A stretch of DNA of 64,000 bases. It comes from Owenia fusiformis (Eukaryota). Both the position numbers and the translations under genes were made by a program. The stretch covers positions 19,282,001 to 19,346,000 of the forward strand of contig CAIIXF020000001.1 of the NCBI GenBank assembly GCA_903813345.2. The letters run 5' to 3'. Below the pieces are notes generated by a model that was not told the origin of the DNA, did not search any database, and worked only from the letters and a program-made list of their open reading frames with translations. The stretch's first letter is position 1; each line of letters begins with the position of its first letter. Positions 23,772 through 35,400 of this stretch are shown here, piece after piece.

Positions 23772-23995
23772 TAGTCAACAAAGTGTGTAAATTGTACACC
23801 TCCAGTCAATAAAGTGTGTAAATTGTACACCTCCAGTCAACAAAGTGGGTAAATTATATATCTCCAGTCAACAAAGTGTGTAAATTGTATACCTCCCAAC
23901 AACAAAGTGGGTAAATTAGTATGTATCTATATTCAGTCAACAAAATGGGTAAATTGTATACCTCCAGTCAACAAAGTAAATCATATTCCTCCAGT
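23772..23995. repeat. 31-bp minisatellite, about 7 copies
   Basis: Unit AAAGTGTGTAAATTGTACACCTCCAGTCAAC. Confidence 0.85.
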
Positions 23996-24454
23996 AAAAA
24001 TTGAAGACCTGATTGCACATGTATACTTTTTAAAATTGTGGAATATCTTTGGAGATAAAACAAAATCACCAATTAATGAAAAACAGTTTTAAGACAAAAG
24101 TGTGCATACTTTAACTGTTTAACATCTATTAAATAATGCTTTGATTGATATTTGGAATGTTTCATTTTGACTTATCTCAGCACATACTCAATATGCTATG
24201 TAGAGTGACATTGACAAATAATGAATGAAACAATACCTAAATCTTAAATATACAGTATAGGAATGTACAATTACTCAGAGCATGCATAGATATTGTCTTC
24301 CTAATTGATAGATGGTACTACAAGATACCTGAATTAATGTCACTGAAAGTTATGAAGAACCAAATAAATATCTTGTTCCATTATGCTTGTAGACACCTTT
24401 CACAACACTCAAACTGTCTAAACCAGGATGTCAAACATATGACATCAAAGACAT

Positions 24455-25230
24455 ATTATAGTACCACTGTCATATTCCTCAAACTCTGATTGGTCCATGT
24501 CATACACGTGACTAAAAACAACAAGCATTATTATATCACTATCTAGCTAGCGACAGTATGATTGGTCAAAACCGGGTCACATGTCGTGGGATATCTGGCG
24601 ATATTCAATGGCAATGCTAATCAGATAAGACAACCGTGAGATATCTAGCGATATCCCACGCTCCCGGGAATTTTCAAAGAATTTGTTTTCGTTCAGTGTA
24701 AATAATTTAGTTCAGTTTAAGTCAAAATAGCAGACGAACCGAGTAGATTCGTAAAAATATCTGAAGAGTTAATGACTTAATAATATTAGGGATGTTTAGC
24801 TAGACAGTGATATAATAAAACAAATATTTCACTCTATTTTCGGTGAATACCTGCAGCACTTTCACAAGGTGAAATATCGTGGAATATCACTTGTGAAAGA
24901 TGTACAGGTATTCACCTCAATAGAGTGAAATATTTGTTCAATATTCAACGGAAGTCATGTGACTCCGTTGAATATCAAATGATATTCATCAGTCATGACT
25001 TAATTCAGTGTAATTTTAATTTTATATATCCACAGGATTAGATTGTTATGATTAAGAAGGCATCAATAGTTTTTATTTCATTAATGTGAGTGAGGAATAT
25101 AACAGTGAATAATAAAACAAATGTTTTTCGGCGAATACCTGTGACACTTTCATAGCCCTTCTGGCTTCGTAGAATATTGTGGAAGATGCACAGGTATTTA
25201 CCTCAATAGAATTAAATATTAAATACCTGT
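24455..25230 (+). mobile_element. Two nested non-autonomous elements, each with subterminal inverted repeats and a 3' hairpin
   Basis: Outer element: CACTGTCATATTCCTCA (~24464) / TGAGGAATATAACAGTG (~25091), plus hairpin ~25120-25220. Inner element: TTATTATATCACTATCTAGCTA (~24528) / TAGCTAGACAGTGATATAATAA (~24797), plus long hairpin ~24820-24940. The two hairpins are homologous. Confidence 0.7.
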
Positions 25231-25466
25231 ATAATATATACTGAACTCTTAATGAGCTACAATGCACATCAATTGCTCCTGAGACAAATAAATTGTTTGA
25301 TACTGTGATGGTGGATCTTTCTGGGATTGTCAAAGAACATCCTGCTTTCGATGGAAAATAGTTTTCAAACCTTTTAAATGAGGTTTACAGTTTTCACCAT
25401 TTTAGTAGAAAAATATTCTGCTGTGTTCCCCAATCTACAGTTATTTGAGAGCATTTCTGATTTAAT

Positions 25467-26359
25467 TCAGTGGTATTCTCCAAAAGTTATTCGAGTTGGT
25501 TGTTGATCCTCTTTAAAACTCTGCAAGAAAAAACAACACTATTTATAGATTAGGACTCCTATCTTTATGGTAAGGAGATAGGGGAGACTAGATGAATGGC
25601 AAATGGGTGGGATCAAGCTGAGAGGCTTCTCCCTTAGGAGGCAATGGGATATAGTTTATGTGGCAACTTAATTATGACATCACATGGCCTCATCTAAACC
25701 AACCAATCAATGCAAGGAACACATTTGTTAATCTATAAATAGATTTGACTGTTTTGCAAAATAAGAGTATACATATTTGAAATTTGAATCTTGTCACAAC
25801 TTGTTATATTTGTATTACAGTTGTCATGATATGAAATAAAGGGAAGATGGAAGTAAACTTGATTATATTTGCATCACTGTTGTCATAATATAAATAAATA
25901 ACTGAAATAAGGAGAAGATAGCCAGAAGTAAACCTTACCCACTGGTCTCCAGTTTCATATGGCGCAACTTTATCCTCTTTATATTTATATTGTGATCTCT
26001 TGATGCTTGTAATTACTGGAAATAAAAGAACAAACAACTTTGAATAAGGTGTATACATGTAATTCACATTTTAACATGGATATTTACACATTCATGTAGA
26101 ATACAGTTCAAAATCAAAAATATTTGGATCAAATATAAAATGACATTTCCAAAATTTTGAATTTCAACAATTTCATTTGGTAGAAATGAATTTTATGTAT
26201 TTTTTAAAGTGACATATTTAAAATTCATTCATCCATAATTTGGTTTGTGAATCAGAAAAGAAATTCCAGGAATTAGTTTTCCTTTTGTATTTCAATGGAC
26301 AAAAAGTCGTGACTGCATGTACTTTTACTAGTACAGATAGGTAACTTAATGCTCGTCTC

Positions 26360-26400
<41 letters not shown>

Positions 26401-26402
26401 GT

Positions 26403-26437
<35 letters not shown>

Positions 26438-29400
26438 TCACTCATTTATTTCATATATACATACTACAGCATTCTATAAATATTTTTTGTGTTTACAATT
26501 GACGGGCTAAAGGTTGTCGCCAACATAAGTTATATATCAATAAGTAATACAAAAAGCTTATTCTTATGATGCTTTATCTACAAAACAAGTTCTTATGATC
26601 TTTTTATCTACCAAATTTACTTTTTTTTTTTTATTGATCCAGTATTATTTATGGATACTGTGCTTGTTACGTGTATTTCATATGTAGTTGTATGCATCTA
26701 TGGAATAACCTCATTCATACATCCCTCATTCATACATTCATTCACTCATTCAATCATCTTTTCATTCGTTACACATTTTACAATATGTTAAATATGATCT
26801 TTGGTTACATATCTATTTATTTTTATTACTGTTACACATAATTTTTTTTTATTTTTATTTTTATTTATTTTTTTTTTTATTTTTTTTATTATGTCAATGG
26901 AAAATATAAAGTTAATACAAAAATAAAAACAATACATATTCTTATAACTTTTCATAAATGATTGCTAATTCATCATTCTTATTAAAAAAAGTGGACCTCT
27001 CTATATAATCTTTGATATATGATTTGAACTCATAAAAGGTTACATTTGTTTTTTCTAGAAAACTTTTGTATATACAATATTTCATAATAATGATTGCTAA
27101 ATTCATTACATTATGCTCATCGTCTTTAGGTTTATGACCATATAAAATATCTTTGTCATGTAGTTTTACTTTATCATTAATTACAAATTTAGAAAATTCA
27201 CTCCACATTTCTTTTGCTTTTTTACAATCAACAAACATATGTTTCAGGGTATGGATTTCATTGCAATACAAACATTTTTGTGTATCAGCTAATTTCATTT
27301 TAAACAATTTATCTTGACATATAAGTATATTATGGAGTATTTTAAATTGAAATATTTGTAATTTTGGATCTTTAGTAATTTTCTTTGCTAACATAAAATG
27401 TGATTGAATATCTTCTTCTTCAATAAATTGTTTTACTCTTTCGAGTGAAACAGGTATTTCAAAATTACTTTGTATCAAAGCATTATGTGCTTTTTTGCAT
27501 GTGACATTTTCTACAGTGACATTACTCTTTCTTTCAACTCTAGCAATATTTGTAATTTGACCTCTTAAAATTTTTTTCCAAACCGCAGGTATTGCTGATT
27601 TTAAGCCATTAAAATCCATATCTTTGATTCTTAAATTATATTTTTCTTGTATAACATTCTTCTGTAAAAATTGACCATTTTCATCCACAATATGCTTTAT
27701 TTTACAAATACCATGTTTGTACCAATCCTTATGAAAAACTGATTTATTTGCAATTAATATATTTTGATTGTTCCATATTATCTCTTCCTTGATTTCCTCT
27801 AGTTCTTCTGGTTGACTGTTATCCTTTATTTTGTTCCAATCTTTTACAACATTCTTGTAAAATGGATAAATTTTAGTTAAATCTAAATGTTTAAAATCAT
27901 AATTAGACTTAAAAAGGAGATCTTGTCCAAATTGTGATAGTAACATTCTTGGTATTGCTTTCCATGCACCATCTTCATCGTTGGATAATCTTTTAACCCA
28001 AACTGCTTTAAGCGCCTGGTCTAACAATTGGAATTCTGTCATTTTCAGGCCTCCGTCTTGAAGTTCACCAATTAACGTTTTTTTCTTAATCTTTGGAGTC
28101 TTATTTCCCCATACAAAATTCCATATAACATCATCAATTTCTTTAATATATTTCTCTGGGATTATTGATATTGCTGATATATTTGTTATTTGGGAAATTC
28201 CAATAGATTTTACCAAAAGTATTCTTCCTTGTAAACTTAAGTTTCTGTATGTCCACATATTTAGCTTATTCTTTATCTTTCTTATTTTATCTATAACATT
28301 GAATTCTAACTCAACATTTTGATCATATGAAAAACAATATCCCAGTGCTTTAGCTTGCCTAACATTTTGTATATCATTAAATGTTTCTGTGTTATTTTTT
28401 GACTGTCCAATCCACATTAGTTCTGTTTTACTTTTATTAAGTTTTAATCCTGAACATATTTCAAATCTATCTAAAATATTTATAGTTTCTTGCACTGACT
28501 CTTTATCACTTAGGGTTGCTGTGATGTCATCAGCATATTGAACTGACTTTATTTCTAAGTCTTGCACTTTTATACCATGTATGTTTTTATTTCTTTGAAT
28601 TTCTAGACTTAGTATTTCTATTATCATTATAAATAACATGCCAGAAAGTGGATCTCCTTGTCTTACTCCTCTACTGACTTTAAAAAATCCTGATGATTCT
28701 CCATTGTTAATAATACTGCTCTCAGAGTTTTTGTAAATACTTTTAAAATAATTAATAAAAATGTCTCCAAAACCAAAAGCTTCTAAAGTGTGTTCAATAA
28801 ATTCCCATTCCACGGAATCGAACGCCTTATGAAAATCTAAAAACAGTAACAGCCCATTTTGTTTTGTATCATCCATATATTGCATTACATCTTTTATTAA
28901 TCTAACATTTGTTCCCATGAATCTTTTCATTACATATCCCGTCTGATTTGCACTAATTATATTTGGAAGTACCGATCTTAATCTTTGAGACAATATTTTG
29001 GTCAACAATTTATAATCATAATTAAGTAATGTTATTGGTCTCCAATTAGCTAAATTATATCTGTCTTTAGATTTTTTAGGGATTAAACTAATTATTCCTC
29101 TCCTTTGGCTACAACTTAATTCACCTTGTTGTAAAGAAAAATTAAAACATTCAACTAAATCCTTCTTTAATAGATCCCAAAATTCTAAATAAAATTCTGG
29201 TGGTAAACCATCACTTCCTGGTGACTTTCCTTTTTTAAAAGATCTTATACAAGTATGGCATTCTTCTATTGTTATTTCTTTATCACATATATCCTTATTA
29301 TTTTCATTAATTTTTGGGATGTCATTGTGATCAAGAAAGTAATTACTTGCTTGTTTGATATCTTTTTCATTTTTCTTTCTGTAAGAAGATGTATATAAAC

Positions 29401-32400
29401 TTTCATAAAAACTTTTTTCTGCTTCTAATATTTCTTCAGGTGCAGTGATCTCTCTTCCATTCTGTAATCTCAGCTTTGTTATAACTTTATTTGTACTGTT
29501 TGATTTTTCTAAATTAAAAAAGTATTTTGTAGATCTTTCTCCTTCCTCATACCATTTTGCACGGCTCCTTATCATGTGACCTTTTGTCTTTCTGTCTTGT
29601 ATAACACCCAATCTTAACTTTAACCTGTTTAACTCATTTATATTATCTTGAGATGCATTTTTATCTACATTAACTTGAGCTTTATTTGTTTCTACTAATA
29701 ATTTCTTCTCCTCGTCCCTTTGTTCTTTTGCTAACTTTTTTGAAAATTTTATACATTCTTGTCTAATTTTCATCTTTAGAAAGTCCCATTGTACTCTTTT
29801 ATCTTCGTTTTTATTTTCATCATTTTGTATGTCTTCAATTTGTTTACGAAGATGTTCTTTAAATTCTGGATTATTCAATAAGGCTGTGTTTAGTTTCCAT
29901 ATCCCTGGGCCCCTTTTTCTATAGTCCTTTGATTGTATTTCAAGTTTAATTGCAAGATGGTCTGGAGAGGGTGCTGACTGTATATCTGTACTGCATAAAT
30001 CTTCTAAATGATTTGAAGTGAAAAAATAATCAAGACGACATTGTATCTTAAATGATGGGTTGTGCCATGTATATCGTTGCTGGGTAGGGTGCTGTCTCCT
30101 CCATATATCTGTCAAACTGTTTCCTTGTAGAATATATTCTATTTCCTCGATTACTGTGCGTTTTTCCTGAACATCTTTTCCACCATTTTTGTCAATGGTT
30201 TGCATGCAACAATTAAAATCTCCTCCTAATATCAAATGATCCTATTCTTGCTGCTGTATAATACCATTTATGTCTTTATAAAATGTTACCTGTTGTTTTG
30301 GATCATTAGGTGCATATAGATTAAGTAAACAATAAATTTCATTTTGAATCTTTATATTTATTAATAGGTATCTTCCAGTTTTATCATATATAACATCACA
30401 TATGTCATAATCAAAATTTTTTGAAAACAGTACCATTACCCCTTTACTATGATTCGTTCCATGATTAAAATAACACTGACCATTCCATTCTGATTTCCAT
30501 TTATCTTCTACATCTTTTACACTAAATGTTTCTTGCAGAAAACAAATATCTACACATTGATTTTTTAACCATCTGAAAATATTCATTCTTTTTCTAGCTT
30601 TATGTAACCCTCTTGCATTCAATGACATCATTTTAAACTTGTAACCCATGTTTTTTAGAAGTATGACTGATATTTACCTGCATTATGTTAATCTCTGTAC
30701 AGACATTTTTCACATCATTCACACACATTCTTGAATTATCACACACAAACACAAACACACAAACAGAGTAGAAGAAAATAACAAACAATGAACTAATGAA
30801 TTTATTTATTGTAATATATATACAGTTACTTTACTAAGGTCTCAGGATACTATTTATCCTGTGTATTGCAGTGTATAAAAAGGAACTGCAATAAAAAGCA
30901 ATTGGTAATATGAGAAATTAGATAAAAACTTACCTTATGAGACAAAAGGAAAATTACTAAGTCTATATCAATAATATGTAAAAGGCAATAAGCCCATTTA
31001 AAGCTGATAATAATTTAACATTTATCAGGTGATATAATTTAAATAGAATATAACTTAAGAACCTTAGCATTTAAGAATGGATCTATGGTTTGGTTTCCAC
31101 TCATTTAAAAAATTGGATGGATGCACCGGTGGCGACTGTCAGGCTACCGCGTTGACATCGCCACTGCCCACGAGTAGTGCAGGCGTGTTGCTTTAGATTA
31201 AAACATCCAATCACATTTAAAGGTACACACCTGATAAATTTCTTGAAAATTATATTATCACGAGAATATTTAATTATGAAAAAACAAAAATAGTAAATTA
31301 GGTTCATACCCACTTTACCCAACCGTGCTCTGTATTTCTTGTATGTTGTCAGGTCAAAAAATTTGTGATTAACTTTTGAGCTATGTAAAGATGTCAGTGT
31401 TGACTACTGACATTTCAAAATTGAAAAGAAAGTGAAAGTGAAAGTGGATCTGTTTTTATGCTGTCACGAGCAATCTTACGCCATTTATATATGTGTATCT
31501 AAAGTCATTTTATATGGTTGTCTAATTTTCGAACTCTATCTCTCGAGCAAGAATTAGTGTTGAATCACCCATGTATTGCATACAACCAAATATATTTGAT
31601 TCTGAGTGTTATTTAATAGCAAGTGATTGCTAATTGCAAACCTGGTAAATTCATTATACCACATCACAGTTAAGAGTTGATTCTTACTTACATGTGGGCG
31701 ACCACCTTTATAATTAACAGTATTACTGAGCTTTGGTATAGGAAATAAGAACTCCATCCTCACTGTTTTCATCACTTGATTTGATTTTCAAAATATTTGT
31801 TACTGTTAAATAGTTTTTTACAGTTTGTTTATATCGTGGTTTTTAACCCTTTTCCAGTAGTCTGTTTACATGTATGTCTCTAGTTATTGACTCTCTGTCT
31901 CAGTGAGTGGAGTAATTTTCTTATTTCAAAAAATGTTAATTAGGGAATTTCTTATTGAAAAAAGCTAATAAAGTCTCTGTTATTTAGGCAAATAATTGGA
32001 ATGTTCGACCTGAAATGCAAAATTACTCAATTAACAATTCAATTGATCTTCAAATATAAATTTGTTTCAAGTTCAAGTTTTGTCTCAAGGTAAAACGTTT
32101 GTAGACAGTTTTTTCACTGGTGTGGAGCTTATGTTGCTGGTATATGAAGCTGTCCATTCACAAACAGTTTGTCTCCCCGTAGTTTTACATTACACCCCTG
32201 CCTCTTGAATTCCATGAGTTTAGGTAGGAGGGCCTTACGTCTGGCTAGAACCTCTGTTGGATATTGTTCATCTACCCGAAACCTTGTTCCACTGAGGTTT
32301 TTCACATGTTGAAATACCACATTTTTCCCTCCATATGGATTAACATGTATTATTATCGGGCGTGGGTATTTTGCATTGGGTTTTTTGTTACCAAGTCGAT

Positions 32401-35400
32401 GTAGTCTGTCTGTTTTCACATGTTGTCGTGGCTTCTGGATTTTCATAGTTTTTTCAAGAAACGTATACAGTTTTTCCTTTGTAGATTCTGGTGTTTCGCC
32501 ATCTTCTTCTGGAATGTTAAAGAAGACCAAGTTTTCCCTCATCTGCATGGACTGTACATGCGTAATGCCATCATTTTGCTTCGATAGCTGAGTTTTTAGG
32601 CTGTCGATTTCATCTTTTTGTTGTTTCAATGTTTGTTCCATATTTTTATGTGATGTTTTTAGATCCCCTATTTCATCTTGTGCGTCTGTTAATGCCTTGG
32701 TTATGTCCTTAATCTCTGTTTTAAGTGAATCAATGTCATCCTTTGTTGCTAAAGTTTGTATGTCTTCCCGTGTCACCATCATCTTTTTAAGATCATATAT
32801 AACTTTAATCCATTCTGGATCTGAGGTATTGTCTGTAGCCATTGTGTGAGCAATGTTTATACTGTCATTCGTGTCGGTATAATTAGATTCTGTTGATTCA
32901 TTTAATATTTCAAGGCACTCCTCAAATTTTAATCGCTTATCATCATGAAATATTTCTGGTGATCTATCACAAGGTGAACTCAAATTACGTTTTCTATCAC
33001 TCAGATTCAATGTATATGATTTAGGTGGGCTGATACGTGTTGATGGCTTAGCAGTTATATAGTTAATATAGGTATTCATTGCCAATAATGTTTACATTTT
33101 CCATTGCTCTTAGCCAGTGGTCATACATGTAGATGCAGCTTTGGCAGTTCAGATTTTGTAAACAAAGGATTTTCACTTCAACTTCAATTTTCTCAGTCTA
33201 CAAGCAATTATTCTACTTACAGTTTTTTGACATGTATTCTCCTTACATTTATGTACATATCCATATATTTCATATCATTATATTTCATATATATCCATCA
33301 TAATTTCTCATATTATACCCTACAAAATGTTTAGGTTTTACACATTTTGTGCTGCCATCTATTTGCTCGTCTCATATATGGTGTTATATAATATGTCTGT
33401 TATTTGGTATTTAGCATCTTCCTCCTTCAGTTCAAGGTCATTGAATTCAACCAATAAGCAAACAGGGATGAAACAATCGTGACAAACATGGCTAATCACT
33501 CAATGTTTTGAGGTGTTTCCAAAATTTAATCATCTCCCCAATCCAAATATTGCATGCTTTTGATAATAGATTTTGTTAACATGCTGTTTATTGGCTTCAG
33601 GTTTACATTCATTCTAGTGGTGCATTTTTATATAAATAGCAGCATTCCTGATCCAAATTATTTCAAAACAATTTTTCGAGTGATTTTGAGCGATTTTAAT
33701 TTGCAATAGAATTAAGGATATTAATTAGTGTCATCATGAAGGTGCAGTGTGTCTTAGTATTGTGTCTCCTACTTTTAGCAGTGTGTCTCATGGAAGTTGA
33801 CGCTTGTGGAAGACGCAGGAGAGGAGGATCAAGTGGTAAGTTATTATGGTTTATAGGGGTCTGGCTCGTACTGTCATATTAGGTTTTCAACAAATACACT
33901 TGCTAGTTCTCTTTAATTTAATTTTAATTTTGCAGAAATAAAAGCAAGAGCGATTGTACCTAAAAAATGAAATGAAAATATTTTTGAATTGCAACAATTT
34001 TTTCAATTCTAAACTTGTCTCTTTAACTTTGTAGCTGTAGGTAGATCTTTGAAGCTAGAAGAAATTTGAAGATAATAGAGAAAATGAATCTGCAGGGCTT
34101 CTGAACATGTGCCACAAAAGATTACAATAATCAAATAATGATAAATACCTGATATATTGGTAGTAGCTAAAAATCAATGAAATAGGAAAAATACATATTT
34201 TGTATTCTATATTTACATGCAAAATTTTGTATGATTTATAGGGTGTTCTTCCTGTTCAAGTTCTTCATGCTCGAACTATTGTGAAAATCTACCAAATGCA
34301 GCCACAGGGAATTACTATGGTTCATGCGGAAATGACAAACTGTGTCGCTGTTACAACACACTTGGGCAACTGGTAGGGCAGAAATGTGTGTAGGAAGAAA
34401 TCATGAGGTAAAGTTTAAAAGACTCTAATATTCAAACTCTAAATTATGATTTTAAGGATTGTTATTCAGTAGTACCTTTGTGGGTGTATGTCATATATGG
34501 AGTTTCTTCTATGTTTTTGGCTCAACCACTTTTTGCAAACACACTGACTATGTATATGTGATACCTGACTCATCATACAAAAACATGCAAATTGATGATT
34601 TTTTCTTTTGTTACTTATGTGAACTTTTATTTGAGTTGTATCATATTTTGTCTATTTATATTTTAGGACTGAATCAAGTCTCTTTGGAGAGGTAAGACTA
34701 GGAAAAGAAAATTGAAAATGGACTAAAAATCAAGACAATGAACAAGGAAAACATTTTGAAAATAACAATGGAACTGTCTGACATTGAACTTTAACTGTAC
34801 ACCATATGTTCAAGTGGAGTGTACAATAGTATTAATAATAGAAATATAGAATATATTTTACTTTACATTTATTTATGGAGTTTCATTTTTGGATACACTT
34901 AAATTCCACAACTTGAATATACCAGAAACGTGTATCATGGTAGATAAAGTACTAGATAGCTTATGGTAAGGTACAAACCAGACCAATCTTATACTTCAGA
35001 GTAATTTTATAAAACTCACACAGAATACTTGGGTAAATTGTTAATTGCTTAAAATGTAATACCATACTGATAAAGTTTAATGACCAATCAGATAACAAGT
35101 GGATTTCCCTGGTTTATTCAAGTTTTAGATAATTAATTTTGAAGAAAATAATTTGACCAGTCAGCACAATGGCAAAATTAGCACATAAAGTAGTGGATTC
35201 AGGGCTACTTCGCTGGTAAGTAGATAGTGAATATGTTATATGGCTCAACATGCAAAAAAGTCCAGGGGGTCTTGATTGTACTTTCTATCGCCACATCCCT
35301 CTTTGAATACATTCATCTGGAAACTTTGATTCTACTCATTTAAGCACCCTTGAACCATGAAATGAAAAGAACATCCCGTTTTTCCAATGATCTGATTTTT

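Larger units (their letters stand above)
26366..33363 (-). mobile_element. Full-length Tx1/L1-clade non-LTR retrotransposon (about 7.0 kb)
   Basis: 16-bp TSD TGCTCGTCTCATATAT at 26350-26365 and 33364-33379; poly(A) tail seen as poly-T at 26373-26435; ORF1 and ORF2 both present. Confidence 0.95.

Noticed and set aside
30235-30244. Programmed frameshift between two Tx1 ORF2 pieces
   Set aside because: Both pieces are in the same frame; the break is a single TAG.
31121-31190. Known ribozyme (hammerhead, HDV-like, twister, pistol)
   Set aside because: I could not fit the conserved cores (e.g. CUGANGA/GAAA, or the HDV P3/L3 arrangement) on either strand by eye, so it is kept only as an unassigned structure.
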